In this document: in pieces, positions 45,253 to 55,445 of the stretch
Layout: every line of letters starts with the position of its first letter
Position numbering within the stretch: position 1 is the stretch's first letter
Origin: Bacteroidetes bacterium UBA1941
GTDB lineage: Bacteria; Bacteroidota; Bacteroidia; Chitinophagales; LD1
DNA: 64,000 bases
Assembly (NCBI GenBank): GCA_002336805.1
Contig: DDEZ01000012.1
Location: 647,040 to 711,039, forward strand
Reading direction: 5' to 3'
Notes under the pieces: generated by a model
Database searches by the model: none
Told to the model about the DNA's origin: nothing
The model's input: the letters and a program-made list of their open reading frames with translations, nothing else
Position numbers and translations under genes: made by a program

Positions 45253-46179
45253 ATGAGAAAATCATATACACTCATAGCTGTACTCTCTGCTGTGATGGCT
45301 CTGGCCTCCCTCTCTGCCGGTGCACAGGGCATCCGCCACTACTGGCTCAATAACCAGGTGCTCTACAATCCTGCCATGGCAGGTGCCAAAGAAGACGTGG
45401 TGGGCTCACTGATATTCAATCAACAGCAGGCTACATTCCCGGGGGCGCCACGCACACTGCTGGCTCAGGCCAATGGCCGCCTGGGCTATACCAGCTCCTC
45501 ACTGGGCGGTGCTATATCATATGAAGAATATGGTGTGCTGAAAAACTACAGCGCTACGCTCTCCTACTCCTATGGTGTCAAGCTCAAGAAAGGCCGCCGC
45601 CTGATGCTCGGCTTGTCAGGGTCTTTTGGTGCGATACAGGAGAACGGCAGCGGGCTGACCACTACATTCAACGGTGACGATATATTCAAACTCAATACGA
45701 CAGCCTATCAGGTCAATGTATCTGTAGGCGCTGCGTATGTGACAAAGAATTTCTATGTAGGATTCTCAGTGCCAAAGCTCGTGCACAATGCCTATGACTA
45801 TGCGGTGAGCAAGAACAGGTATAGCCTGGAGAAATTTAACTTTAACCTGATGGCGGGGTACGACCTGAAGACGCGCAATGACTTCCACTTCATGCCGTCA
45901 TTTATGATCCGCTCTGACAAGCAGGAGCGCTTTAACGCTGATATCAACCTGAACTTCAAATACAAGGATGTTTTTTGGTTTGGCCCGTACTACCGTGTCA
46001 ATGCAGCCTTTGGCTTCATACTGGGAGTAGGCATCACGAAGTATGTACAGCTGAGCTACGCAGGTGAGCTGCAGCAGACGAAGTTCCGTACATCCAGCTA
46101 TGGCAATCATGAAGTGGTGCTCGGATTCAAGATCCCTAAGTTTAACACCCGCATCGCTCAGTCGCCCAGATATTTTTAA
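45253..46179 (+). CDS. PorP/SprF-family type IX secretion outer-membrane protein
   Basis: It has a signal peptide, the stretch HYWLNNQVLYNPAMAGA and a ~300-aa beta-barrel length. It lies immediately after a type-B cargo gene. Confidence 0.85.
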   Translation: MRKSYTLIAVLSAVMALASLSAGAQGIRHYWLNNQVLYNPAMAGAKEDVVGSLIFNQQQATFPGAPRTLLAQANGRLGYTSSSLGGAISYEEYGVLKNYSATLSYSYGVKLKKGRRLMLGLSGSFGAIQENGSGLTTTFNGDDIFKLNTTAYQVNVSVGAAYVTKNFYVGFSVPKLVHNAYDYAVSKNRYSLEKFNFNLMAGYDLKTRNDFHFMPSFMIRSDKQERFNADINLNFKYKDVFWFGPYYRVNAAFGFILGVGITKYVQLSYAGELQQTKFRTSSYGNHEVVLGFKIPKFNTRIAQSPRYF

Positions 46180-46221
46180 GTGAAAGAAAAGAATACGAAC
46201 GCCCAACCAAGCCTACATCAC

Positions 46222-48156
46222 ATGAAATACTATCACATAGCCACCCTCTCCTGCCTGCTGCTGACAGCCACAGGAGCCGAAGCGAGCAAAGCCAGCCGCT
46301 GGGAAAAAGCTGTAAAGTGCGCAGATAAAAAAGCGCAGCAGAAATACTATGTAGCTGCCGCCGAAAAATATGAGCGCATACTGGCAGCGCCATGCAGCCG
46401 TGATACGGCGTGGCGTGACAGCCTCTATAGCGTAAAGGTGAAGCTGGCCGGCTGCTATATGAAGATGGGCAATAGTATCAAGGCGGAGTCTACCTACTCA
46501 GAAGTGATAAAGGCAGGCAAGGCCAATGGGCAGGTCACCTTTGACTATGCGCGCGCGCTGGAGGCCAATAGCAAGTATGCAGAGGCTAAAGAACAATTTG
46601 AGAAAGCGGCGAATGACCCGACGCTGAAGGGCAAGATGGCGGCTGAATTTGCTGAAGTAGCGGAGAAAGGAACTCACAATACGCATAAGAATACCTTCCA
46701 TATAGAGCGTACGCCATTTAATACAAACGCTACCGAATATGCGCCTGCATATTATAAGAAAGGCCTGGCATTTACCTCAAACCGTGCTGAGCGCGGCCAG
46801 GCGTCAGAGCGTATCATGTGGAATAAGGAGCCATTCACAGATATTTATACTGTGCAGGAAGATGGCAAGGGCGACCTGAATGTAATAGACAAACTGCCGG
46901 GGTCTATCAACTCAAGGCTGAATGATGGCGCAGCTACTTTCAACGCTGCCTATGATGAGGTCTTCTTTACCCGCAACAATAAGAAGAACAAAAAGCACGA
47001 CCAGCTGCAGATCCTGCATAGCACCTACAACGGTAGCGAGTGGAGCAGTCCTGAGCTGCTAAACTTTGAGATGGAAGGTGCCAACTATGCGCACCCATCA
47101 CTCTCTCCGGACGGCAGTACGCTGTACTTCTCATCTGATGTGCAGGGCAGCGGCCAGGGTGGTATGGATCTCTACTATGCCCGCCGCAATGGCAGCATAT
47201 GGGAGTCTCCGATCAACCTCGGCACACAGGTCAATACTTCGGGCAATGAACTCTTCCCATACCTGGCAGCTGATAGTGTTCTCTTCTTCACCTCAGACGG
47301 ATGGCCGGGCTATGGCGGGCTGGATGTATTCCACGCGCGTATGGAGGGTGCCAAATTCGGCAAGGTGCATAACATGGGCATCAACTTTAACTCTGCCAAG
47401 GATGACCTCAGCATCATAGTAGACAGCAAGAACCGTATGGGCTACTTTGCCAGCAATAGGGATGGTGATGACGATATCTTTAGTTTCAGCCTGCCGGCGC
47501 CCAAAGAAGAGAAGAAAGAAGAGCCACTATACAGCGCTACGCTGGTAGATGCTGCCACTCGCCAGCCTATAGGCAATGCGCGTGTAGAAGTAGCTGATCC
47601 GCGCAGCCCAGGTGAAGGTGCCTTCTACTACACCAATGAGAAGGGGGTGATGTACTATGACAAGAAGGTAAAAACTACCGACGTAGTGCGCGTAGGCAAG
47701 GACGACTACCAGACCCAGATCATATCCGGTGCCAGCATCTCTGACAAGGGAACCGTGGAAGTACCCATGGTGGCTGAGAAGCGTGTAAAGGAAGATGTAA
47801 ACCATCCATACACGACCATCCTCTACTATGAGCTGAATACATCAAACCTCGGCACAGCATCTAAAGACACACTGCACTCTGTGCTGCAAAAAATGAAGGA
47901 AGATCCAAACAATGTGGTCTACATCAGCGGCTATGCTGACCAGCATGGCTCGGACACCTACAATAATGGCCTCTCCCTGCGCCGTGTGAAAGAAGTAGTA
48001 GACTACCTGGCAGCACAGGGCATCTCCACTATACGTATCCGCTCCGCCTACTTTGGTGCGGTAAAACTGAGCAAAGACTGCCTGACAGACGCTAAGTGTG
48101 TAGAAGAGACCAACCGCCGCAATCGCCGCGTAGAGATCAAGGTGGCAAACCAGTAA
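46222..48156 (+). CDS. OmpA-family protein with TPR-like and PD40/WD40-like repeats
   Basis: It has PD40-like segments (EYAPAYYKKGLAFTSNR, AHPSLSPDGSTLYFSSD, ELFPYLAADSVLFFTSD). The C-terminal OmpA domain reads ISGYADQHGSDTYNNGLSLRRVKEVVDYL...NRRNRRVEIKV. The ATG at 46222 is preferred over the GTG at 46180. Confidence 0.85.
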   Translation: MKYYHIATLSCLLLTATGAEASKASRWEKAVKCADKKAQQKYYVAAAEKYERILAAPCSRDTAWRDSLYSVKVKLAGCYMKMGNSIKAESTYSEVIKAGKANGQVTFDYARALEANSKYAEAKEQFEKAANDPTLKGKMAAEFAEVAEKGTHNTHKNTFHIERTPFNTNATEYAPAYYKKGLAFTSNRAERGQASERIMWNKEPFTDIYTVQEDGKGDLNVIDKLPGSINSRLNDGAATFNAAYDEVFFTRNNKKNKKHDQLQILHSTYNGSEWSSPELLNFEMEGANYAHPSLSPDGSTLYFSSDVQGSGQGGMDLYYARRNGSIWESPINLGTQVNTSGNELFPYLAADSVLFFTSDGWPGYGGLDVFHARMEGAKFGKVHNMGINFNSAKDDLSIIVDSKNRMGYFASNRDGDDDIFSFSLPAPKEEKKEEPLYSATLVDAATRQPIGNARVEVADPRSPGEGAFYYTNEKGVMYYDKKVKTTDVVRVGKDDYQTQIISGASISDKGTVEVPMVAEKRVKEDVNHPYTTILYYELNTSNLGTASKDTLHSVLQKMKEDPNNVVYISGYADQHGSDTYNNGLSLRRVKEVVDYLAAQGISTIRIRSAYFGAVKLSKDCLTDAKCVEETNRRNRRVEIKVANQ

Positions 48157-48179
48157 CAGTTTAACAACTCCTGATAGTG

Positions 48180-48208
48180 AAATGGTTATCTTTGATAGAT
48201 AACCATTT
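48180..48208 (+). terminator. Hairpin plus T-run after the OmpA-family gene
   Basis: AAATGGTTATC-tttgata-GATAACCATTT is followed by TTTCTTTTT. It ends only ~8 nt before the ATG at 48217. Confidence 0.6.
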
Positions 48209-48216
48209 TTCTTTTT

Positions 48217-50592
48217 ATGAAGTTCTCGTCTACACTATTTGTAATTGGCTTGGTTCTTTTCTCGTCTATAGCTGTAGCACAGCAGGAGCGGTATGACCGC
48301 GTGCAGGTCACCTTTGATGCTGCACACACCATATCACAGCTCGCCGCCCTCGGCATAGAGGCAGATCACGGCCAGCTGAAGAAGGGCTTTTCGCTGACTA
48401 CAGACCTGTCAGCCTCTGAGGTACAGAAAATAGCAGGTGCTGGCTTTAGCTATCAGGTGCTGATACAGGATGTGGCCAGCTACTACGCTCAGCAGCGTGC
48501 TGCAGTGCAGCCTGCATCACCCCGTACGGTGACCTGCAGCTCACCTTTCAGCTATAATGTGCAGACTCCGGCCAATTTCCACGGAGGTAGCATGGGAGGA
48601 TTCCTGACCTATACGGAGATGCTGGCAGAGCTGGACTCCATGCATGCAAAATATCCGAACCTGATCTCTGCCAGGAATGTGATAGACACCTTTCACTCTA
48701 TAGAGGGTCGCCAGCTGTACTGGCTGAGAATATCTAACCATCCGGACTCAGACCAGACGCAGAAACCACAAATACTCTACACCGCACTACACCACGCGCG
48801 TGAGCCTGCGGGACTGACCGATATGATGTTCTACATGTGGTATCTGCTGGAAAACTACCAGACATCTGCTGAGGTAAGGGCACTGGTAGACCATACAGAG
48901 ATGTATATACTGCCATGTGTGAATCCTGACGGCTACATTTACAATCAGACCACCAATCCTACCGGTGGAGGTATGTGGCGCAAAAACAGGCGGCTGAATG
49001 CTGATGCAACCTACGGCGTAGACCTGAACCGCAACTATGGCTACAACTGGGGCTATGATAATACGGGCTCATCCAATACGACTACGGATGAGACCTACCG
49101 GGGGACCGCTGGTTTTAGCGAGCCGGAGATACAGGCTGTTAAATACTTTGCAGAGCACCACAACTTCCGCATAGCGGTAAACTATCACACCTATAGCAAT
49201 ATGCTCATCTATCCATGGGGATACCAGGCAGGACTGCTCACGCCTGATTCATCCCTATTCATAGCATATGCGCGCACGATGACCAAGTATAATGGATTTC
49301 TCTACGGTACGGGTGACCAGACAGTGGGCTACACTACTAATGGTGACTCTGATGACTGGATGTATGGCGAGCAAAACTCTAAGAATAAGGTCCTGTCTAT
49401 GACACCGGAGTCGGGTTCTCAGGCATATGGATTCTGGCCACCGGCATCAGCTGTGACAGATGTGGCCAAGGAGAATTTTGACCTGATATTCTATGCGCAT
49501 AAGTTTCTGCTACGGCACCTGGAGATCACAGATGTCTCTCCAAAGGTAGCACTGAGCCATCAGTTCCTTTTCAAATACAATGCACAGCAGCTAGGCCTGG
49601 ATACACCGGCTGTTTATAATGTATCACTCACTTCTTCTGATCCTAATGTGACTGTGCCATCTACAGTAAAAACCATCACTGACCCTGCGCTGCTATCTAC
49701 CATTACGGATTCCTTTGTCATACAGCTCAGCCCCAATATCACAACGGGCTCAGCCTTCACGTTTGAGATAGTGGTAGACAACGGGCTCTACAGCTATGCC
49801 GATACTATCACCAAGCATTTCAATACCGGTGACACGATCTACTACAACAACTGCAATAGTGCTGCGACCTTTACCCATACCGGTAGCTGGGCACCTACTA
49901 CCAGCACGTATACATCTGCCACGGCCTCCATCACTGATAGTCCTAATGGCAATTACTTTAACAACAGTAACACTTCTATCACCCTCACCGACAGCATAAA
50001 CCTGACTCACGCTACCAGTGCCAGCCTGCTCTACCAGGCCAAGTGGCAGCTGGAGAAAAGCTATGACTACGTGCTGGCAGAGGCATCTACCGACAGGCTG
50101 AGCTGGTCACCCCTGTGCGGACTGTATACTAACGTGGGGCAAAACCAAACCAATGCGTACCAAAGCCTATATGATGGCTACCAGAATGAATGGGTACAGG
50201 AGGTAGTAGACCTGGGGGACTATACAGGCCACAAGACCTGGCTGCGCTTCTCACTCGTGAGTGATCAGTATATGAACTATGATGGGTTCTACTTTGATGA
50301 CCTGACGGTGCTGGCGCATCTAGATAGCACATCTATAGGTGTGAGAAATATAAGCAGCAATAGTGACTGGAGCCTGTATCCTAACCCTGCTACAGACCAG
50401 GTGATCATCGCTCCAACTGCGATCAACGGAACAGTACTGACCATCTATGATGCCATGGGCGCTGAAGTAAAAAAACTGATGATCACTGATAGCAAGATAT
50501 CTGTGGCGGACCTAGCGCCGGGCGCTTACTTTGCCAGCATCGTGCAGAATTGCCGCAATAGCCAGATGCGCAAGCTGATCGTAGTACGATAG
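48217..50592 (+). CDS. M14-family zinc carboxypeptidase, T9SS cargo (type-A sorting domain)
   Basis: It has the zinc-ligand context YTALHHAREPAG, the stretch NYHTYSNMLIYPWGY, and the C-terminus LYPNPATDQVII...IYDAMGAEV...GAYFASIVQ...RKLIVVR. Confidence 0.9.
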   Translation: MKFSSTLFVIGLVLFSSIAVAQQERYDRVQVTFDAAHTISQLAALGIEADHGQLKKGFSLTTDLSASEVQKIAGAGFSYQVLIQDVASYYAQQRAAVQPASPRTVTCSSPFSYNVQTPANFHGGSMGGFLTYTEMLAELDSMHAKYPNLISARNVIDTFHSIEGRQLYWLRISNHPDSDQTQKPQILYTALHHAREPAGLTDMMFYMWYLLENYQTSAEVRALVDHTEMYILPCVNPDGYIYNQTTNPTGGGMWRKNRRLNADATYGVDLNRNYGYNWGYDNTGSSNTTTDETYRGTAGFSEPEIQAVKYFAEHHNFRIAVNYHTYSNMLIYPWGYQAGLLTPDSSLFIAYARTMTKYNGFLYGTGDQTVGYTTNGDSDDWMYGEQNSKNKVLSMTPESGSQAYGFWPPASAVTDVAKENFDLIFYAHKFLLRHLEITDVSPKVALSHQFLFKYNAQQLGLDTPAVYNVSLTSSDPNVTVPSTVKTITDPALLSTITDSFVIQLSPNITTGSAFTFEIVVDNGLYSYADTITKHFNTGDTIYYNNCNSAATFTHTGSWAPTTSTYTSATASITDSPNGNYFNNSNTSITLTDSINLTHATSASLLYQAKWQLEKSYDYVLAEASTDRLSWSPLCGLYTNVGQNQTNAYQSLYDGYQNEWVQEVVDLGDYTGHKTWLRFSLVSDQYMNYDGFYFDDLTVLAHLDSTSIGVRNISSNSDWSLYPNPATDQVIIAPTAINGTVLTIYDAMGAEVKKLMITDSKISVADLAPGAYFASIVQNCRNSQMRKLIVVR

Positions 50593-50593
50593 T

Positions 50594-51598
50594 CTACTTC
50601 CGGGCTTTGGCGGCAGCTATGGGTGCGAATGGGCCATACTTATGCTGCCGCTCACTAAAGGTATCTGTGTAAGGCCCGAACGGATGATCTATAGGCTTGG
50701 CGGCCAGATGCGGCCAGTCATGACTGAGATCCATAGCGGGCCGCGGCTGCGAGCAGATGTAGGCTGCTACATCCCAGGCCTCCTCATCAGATAGCTGTGG
50801 TGCATCAGAGCTCACACCATAGGGCATATTGTATTTCACATAGCCGGCTATGCGTGACAGGCGATAAAGCCCTGCGCCGGCATTGAAACTATGCTGGCCC
50901 CAGAGCGGAGGATATTGATATGACCGTCCATCAGGTTGCAGTATACCTTGACCATCTTCCTTGTGGCAGCTTTGACATTTGTCGGTATAGACCATTTTGC
51001 CGGCTGCCGGGTCAGCGGCTCTATCCAGATAGGGCAGTTCCTTGATACCCGCTCCTTTTATTTTGCTACCTCTCTTAGTGCCCTGGCCAAGCCAGAGGAT
51101 GTAGGCTTTCATAGCCAGCATCTCCCGGGAGGCGGTGTCGAGTGGTGTACCATTCAGGCTACGCCGCATGCAGTCATTGATACGTTTGTAGATACTCTCT
51201 GTAGATCCGCTGCGCTCCCGGAATTTTGGATAGGTGGCGGCTACTGCGCTGTAGTTATTGCCCCACAGCCGGGTGCCGGCATCGAGGTGGCAGTTCTGGC
51301 AGTTCATGCCGTTGGTGAGGTGTAGTACCGAGCCGCGGGGACCTAGGTAGGTAGCAGTATGTATGATCAGCTCACGCCCGTAGAGGATGAGCCGGCCATC
51401 TGCCGTAGTATCTACACTATGAATATCTGGTGCATGCCAGGCAGCTGCATCAGCCGTGGCAGTAGCCGGCAGAGCGATGGGTGTACTATCTACACCCGAT
51501 ATAAGAGATACGATAAGCAGTGCAGCGATCAGTGTAAGCAGGCACACAGCGGCCAGCTGCCACGCGAAACGCTTGTCCATTTTATCCTGACCGTCCAC
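50594..51598 (-). CDS. Di-haem c-type cytochrome, TsdA (thiosulfate dehydrogenase)-like
   Basis: It has two CxxCH motifs (CQNCHLDAG, CQSCHKEDG), an N-terminal TM/signal anchor, and RINDCMRRSLNG, which resembles the Cys-ligand loop I recall for the TsdA/SoxA family. The start could be either of two Met codons (51598 or 51580). Confidence 0.65.
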   Translation of the reverse strand: MDGQDKMDKRFAWQLAAVCLLTLIAALLIVSLISGVDSTPIALPATATADAAAWHAPDIHSVDTTADGRLILYGRELIIHTATYLGPRGSVLHLTNGMNCQNCHLDAGTRLWGNNYSAVAATYPKFRERSGSTESIYKRINDCMRRSLNGTPLDTASREMLAMKAYILWLGQGTKRGSKIKGAGIKELPYLDRAADPAAGKMVYTDKCQSCHKEDGQGILQPDGRSYQYPPLWGQHSFNAGAGLYRLSRIAGYVKYNMPYGVSSDAPQLSDEEAWDVAAYICSQPRPAMDLSHDWPHLAAKPIDHPFGPYTDTFSERQHKYGPFAPIAAAKARK

Positions 51599-51687
51599 TT
51601 ATGCGGGGTTTATTAATTTTACGCGACCCTGACCGGCGGCCATAGGGCTGTCAGTAAAGGTATATTTCTTTGCCCCAAAATATCGCA

Positions 51688-51954
51688 ATGGAAAAGACAT
51701 ACAAAAACTGCCAGAGCTGCGGCATGCCGATGAAGAAATCTCCGGGAGGCGGAGGTACTAATACCGATGGATCTATCAGTGGCATGTACTGTGCCTACTG
51801 CTATGAAAATGGCCAATTCAAACAGCCGGACTGGACAGCTGCACAAATGCAGGATTTTGCCAAAGGCAGGCTGAAGGAGATGGGTTTCCCGGGATTTCTG
51901 GCGGGCCTTTTCACGAAAGGTATACCACAACTGGAGCGGTGGAAGCATAAATAA
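51688..51954 (+). CDS. Zinc-ribbon domain protein (88 aa)
   Basis: MEKTYKNCQSCGMPMKKSPGGGGTNTDGSISGMYCAYCYENGQF has CxxC...CxxC spacing typical of the putative zinc-ribbon family found widely in Bacteroidota. The ATG at 51688 is preferred. Confidence 0.7.
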   Translation: MEKTYKNCQSCGMPMKKSPGGGGTNTDGSISGMYCAYCYENGQFKQPDWTAAQMQDFAKGRLKEMGFPGFLAGLFTKGIPQLERWKHK

Positions 51955-51956
51955 AA

Positions 51957-51976
51957 AAAGCCCCTGACGGGGCTTT
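51957..51976. terminator. Shared terminator hairpin for the zinc-ribbon gene and tRNA-Ser
   Basis: AAAGCCCC-tgac-GGGGCTTT is flanked by an A7 run on the left, which reads as a T-run for the minus-strand tRNA transcript. Confidence 0.7.
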
Positions 51977-51987
51977 ATCAAAAAATG

Positions 51988-52074
51988 CAGAGAGGATGGG
52001 ATTCGAACCCACGATACGCTTTCACGTATACACACTTTCCAGGCGTGCTCCTTCAACCACTCGGACACCTCTCT
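51988..52074 (-). tRNA. tRNA-Ser (anticodon GGA), 87 nt, class II with long variable arm; no encoded CCA
   Basis: Folded by hand. The acceptor stem is AGAGAGG/CCTCTCT and the D-arm is TCC-GAGTGGTTGAA-GGA. The anticodon stem CACGC/GTGTG has loop CTGGAAA. The variable arm is ATACG-tgaaag-CGTAT, and the T-arm is GTGGG-TTCGAAT-CCCAT with discriminator G. Confidence 0.95.
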
Positions 52075-52112
52075 AGGAAATGGGAAGGCGAATATAACGC
52101 CTTTTCGGAAAT

Positions 52113-52886
52113 TCACAGTTGAAATACTTTGAGCGCATTGGCAGTAGTCACCTCAGCTACCTGCGCCAGGCTGAGGCCAGTTACAGCCGCCACTTCCTCA
52201 GCTATGATACGGATATAGGATGGCTCATTGCGCTTGCCGCGATAGGGTACCGGGGTGAGGTACGGCGCATCGGTCTCCAGTACTACCTGAGAGAGCCCTA
52301 TCTCTTTTATCACTTCTTTCAGTCCGGCATTTTTGTAGGTGACCACACCGCCTACGCCGAGCATAAAATCCAGCTTGATGATCTCGCGCGCCTCCTCTAC
52401 GGAGCCGCTGAAGCAATGGAAGATCCCCTTGATCTTGCCTTTATATTTTTTCAAAACTTCTATGCAATCGTAGGTAGACTTGCGTGAGTGTATCACGATA
52501 GGAAGCCCTCGCTCTACAGCCCAGCCTATCTGCGTCTCAAATGCCTCAAACTGCAGGTCCTTATGCGTGACATCCCAATAGAAGTCAAGGCCGATCTCGC
52601 CTACGGCGTAGTACTTAGTACCATTATCCAGATACTGTAGTGCGGTGGCGAGCTCCTGCTGGTAGTTTTCATTGATGCTGCACGGGTGCACACCCATCAT
52701 GGGGTATATGGTCTGGCGGCCGGTGGAGCGCTGGCAGAGCTGCAGGAGGCGATCATGTGTCTCATGATCTATAGCCGGGAGGAAGATCTTCTCTATGCCA
52801 CTGTGATAGGCGCGCTGAAGTACTGTCTCTATGTCACTATCAAACTGCTCACCATATATGTGGGCATGCGTATCTACTAAAACCAT
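52113..52886 (-). CDS. TatD-family metal-dependent hydrolase
   Basis: [16 protein letters not shown]..., HCFSGS and [10 protein letters not shown] are hallmark TatD motifs. Confidence 0.9.
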   Translation of the reverse strand: MVLVDTHAHIYGEQFDSDIETVLQRAYHSGIEKIFLPAIDHETHDRLLQLCQRSTGRQTIYPMMGVHPCSINENYQQELATALQYLDNGTKYYAVGEIGLDFYWDVTHKDLQFEAFETQIGWAVERGLPIVIHSRKSTYDCIEVLKKYKGKIKGIFHCFSGSVEEAREIIKLDFMLGVGGVVTYKNAGLKEVIKEIGLSQVVLETDAPYLTPVPYRGKRNEPSYIRIIAEEVAAVTGLSLAQVAEVTTANALKVFQL

Positions 52887-52901
52887 GACGCAAAGAAAGC
52901 G

Positions 52902-53588
52902 TCAATCAGGGAGAGTTTCAAACGTATAGCCCAGCTGGCTGTAATGCTCCAGTACGAGCGGTAGGGCATAGAGCATTTTATCCATGGCCTTCAGGCTATC
53001 GTGAAAGACCACAATGGAGCCGGGCACGGCATTCTTCACTACATTATCCAGCACCTGCTCTTTGGTGATCCTGAGGTCAAAGTCAAAGGAGAGGACGTCC
53101 CACATCACTATTTTATACTGCTTCTTGAGTTTGTTGTATTGCGCTATCGTGAGCTTGCCGTACGGCGGGCGGAAATAGTGGTGCTCCTCTACAGGCTCCT
53201 CGTCATGATGAGCGCCTGCAGGTACTGCGTGGGTACCCATAGCCTCCAGCTGGCCGGCGCATTGGGCCACATTCTCATAGTAGAGTTCATTTTGCGCCTG
53301 CCATCCATTCAGGTGGTCAAAGGTGTGGTTGCCTATCTTATGCCCCTCAGAGAGGATGCGGTAGTATATATCCGGATTTGCAGCTACATTTTTTCCTATC
53401 ACAAAAAAAGAGGCTTTGGCACCGTACCGGCGGAGTATATCGAGCACTGCAGGCGTCACATCTGCTATAGGCCCGTCATCAAAGGTCAGGTAGAGCTTCT
53501 TCTCGCGTGTACGTACCTTCCAGAGAGCCGATGGGAGCAGCCGGCGGGCAGCTCTGGGGGTTTTTACGATAGACAGATTATCAAACAT
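52902..53588 (-). CDS. Polysaccharide deacetylase (NodB homology domain) family protein
   Basis: It has LYLTFDDGP, KASFFVIG and GNHTFDHLNG (NodB motifs 1-3). Confidence 0.85.
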   Translation of the reverse strand: MFDNLSIVKTPRAARRLLPSALWKVRTREKKLYLTFDDGPIADVTPAVLDILRRYGAKASFFVIGKNVAANPDIYYRILSEGHKIGNHTFDHLNGWQAQNELYYENVAQCAGQLEAMGTHAVPAGAHHDEEPVEEHHYFRPPYGKLTIAQYNKLKKQYKIVMWDVLSFDFDLRITKEQVLDNVVKNAVPGSIVVFHDSLKAMDKMLYALPLVLEHYSQLGYTFETLPD

Positions 53589-53790
53589 CAGCCGGGTTTA
53601 TCTATAATATCTCACCATAGACCCCACAAAAAGGGGTAAGGTTTAACATTGGGGTTACAAATAAAGCTTTAAACGGCATCTTTCCTGTTTATTTTCCTGA
53701 CAGTCTGGTATTATATGAAATAACGCAATCTATCAGTGAAACGTTGCCTCTGACCTCAAATTGCTTTATTTCCACTATTTTTCGGGCATT

Positions 53791-55332
53791 ATGAGTGAAA
53801 GAAGAGTCAGGGTGCGTTTTGCCCCATCTCCCACCGGTGGCCTGCATATAGGCGGGGTGAGGACAGCATTATTCAACTATCTGCTGGCTAAAAAACATGG
53901 CGGCGATTTCATCCTGCGTATAGAGGATACAGACCAGAACAGATTTGTAGAAGGTGCCGAGGAGTATATCATCAACGCCCTGAAGTGGTGCGGTATAGAG
54001 CCTAATGAAGGTATCGGATTTGGCGATGGTGCACATGCGCCCTACCGCCAGAGCGAGCGCAAGCCTATGTACCGCCAATATGCTGAGCGGCTGGTCGAGT
54101 CGGGTCATGCATATTATGCCTTTGACACAGAAGAAGAGCTGGACAAATGGCGCGAGGATATGACGGCTCAGGGCGTACCCTCTCCGCAATACAACGCCGT
54201 GACGCGTCAGTACCTGAAAAACTCAACCTCACTCTCTGCAGACGAGGTAAAGACCCGCATGGAGCGCGGAGATAAATATGTGGTACGCTTCAAAATGCCG
54301 CGCAATGATGATGTGAAATTTCACGACCTGATACGTGGCTGGGTCACGTTCAACACGTCTCAGCTGGACGACAAGGTGCTGCTGAAAAACGACGGCATGC
54401 CTACCTATCACCTGGCGCACGTAGTAGATGACACGCTGATGGAGATATCTCACGCCATACGTGGCGAGGAGTGGCTACCTTCGGCGCCGCTGCACGTGCT
54501 GTGCTTCCGCGCGCTGGGCTGGGAGTCTACCATGCCGCAGTACGCACACCTGCCGCTGATACTCAATCCGGATGGCAAGGGCAAACTAAGCAAGCGCTAT
54601 GCTGACAAACTTGGTTTCCCATCGTTTCCTCTGTCGTGGACTACGACTAATAAGGAAACAGGTGCGCCAGAGCTAAATGTAGGCTACAAAGAAACCGGGT
54701 TCTTCCCGGATGCATTTATCAACTTCCTGGCGCTGATCGGATGGCATCCGGGTGGTGACAAGGAGCTAATAACGCTGGATGAAATGATAGAACTATTCTC
54801 GCTGGAAAAGGTGCATAAAGCAGGTGCGAGATTCGATTATGAAAAAGCAAAATGGTTTAACCAGCAATATCTCAAGGCCAGGTCTAATGTAGAGCTGGCC
54901 GCAGCAGTCAAAAAGGATATCGAGGCAGCAGGCTTCACACTGGGCGATAGCAAGCTGGCTGAATACTGCGGCCTGATCAAGGAGCGTGCGACCTTTATCA
55001 CTGATGTAGTCACACTCGGCATGTATCTCTATAAAGACATACAGTACTACGATGATGAGACAATCAAGAAAAAATGGAAACCAGAGATCAAATCAAAATG
55101 GGATGAGTATGTAGCTAGCAAGGATCTGTCTGCGCTGGAGGCTGATGTGATGATGAATGAATTCATCGCTTTCACCGGGCTCAAGACCGGCGAGATCATG
55201 CCTGTGCTGCGCGTGGCGCTGGCTGGTATACTGCAGGGGCCGCCGGTGGTAGACATGGCAAAATTCCTGGGGGCAAAAGGCACTGCGGAGCGCCTTAAAA
55301 AATCTTTTGATTATTTTGAATCAGTACGCTAA
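53791..55332 (+). CDS. gltX: Glutamate--tRNA ligase
   Basis: It has RVRFAPSPTGGLHIGGVRTALFNY (HIGH motif), RIEDTD and GKLSKRY (KMSKS motif). The ATG at 53791 is preferred over the TTG at 53761. Confidence 0.97.
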   Translation: MSERRVRVRFAPSPTGGLHIGGVRTALFNYLLAKKHGGDFILRIEDTDQNRFVEGAEEYIINALKWCGIEPNEGIGFGDGAHAPYRQSERKPMYRQYAERLVESGHAYYAFDTEEELDKWREDMTAQGVPSPQYNAVTRQYLKNSTSLSADEVKTRMERGDKYVVRFKMPRNDDVKFHDLIRGWVTFNTSQLDDKVLLKNDGMPTYHLAHVVDDTLMEISHAIRGEEWLPSAPLHVLCFRALGWESTMPQYAHLPLILNPDGKGKLSKRYADKLGFPSFPLSWTTTNKETGAPELNVGYKETGFFPDAFINFLALIGWHPGGDKELITLDEMIELFSLEKVHKAGARFDYEKAKWFNQQYLKARSNVELAAAVKKDIEAAGFTLGDSKLAEYCGLIKERATFITDVVTLGMYLYKDIQYYDDETIKKKWKPEIKSKWDEYVASKDLSALEADVMMNEFIAFTGLKTGEIMPVLRVALAGILQGPPVVDMAKFLGAKGTAERLKKSFDYFESVR

Positions 55333-55445
55333 ATTTATAGAGAGAAAGGCGATAAAATATTTTCAAAAAAATCTTGGTGCATTTAAAACACTCTTTATTT
55401 ATTTGCCGTCGGTAAGCCAAAATTAAAAACCATAAACTAAGTCAC

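Noticed and set aside
51619-52116. 165-aa minus ORF.
   Set aside because: It reads straight through the tRNA-Ser gene and its terminator, and it is antisense to the zinc-ribbon gene.
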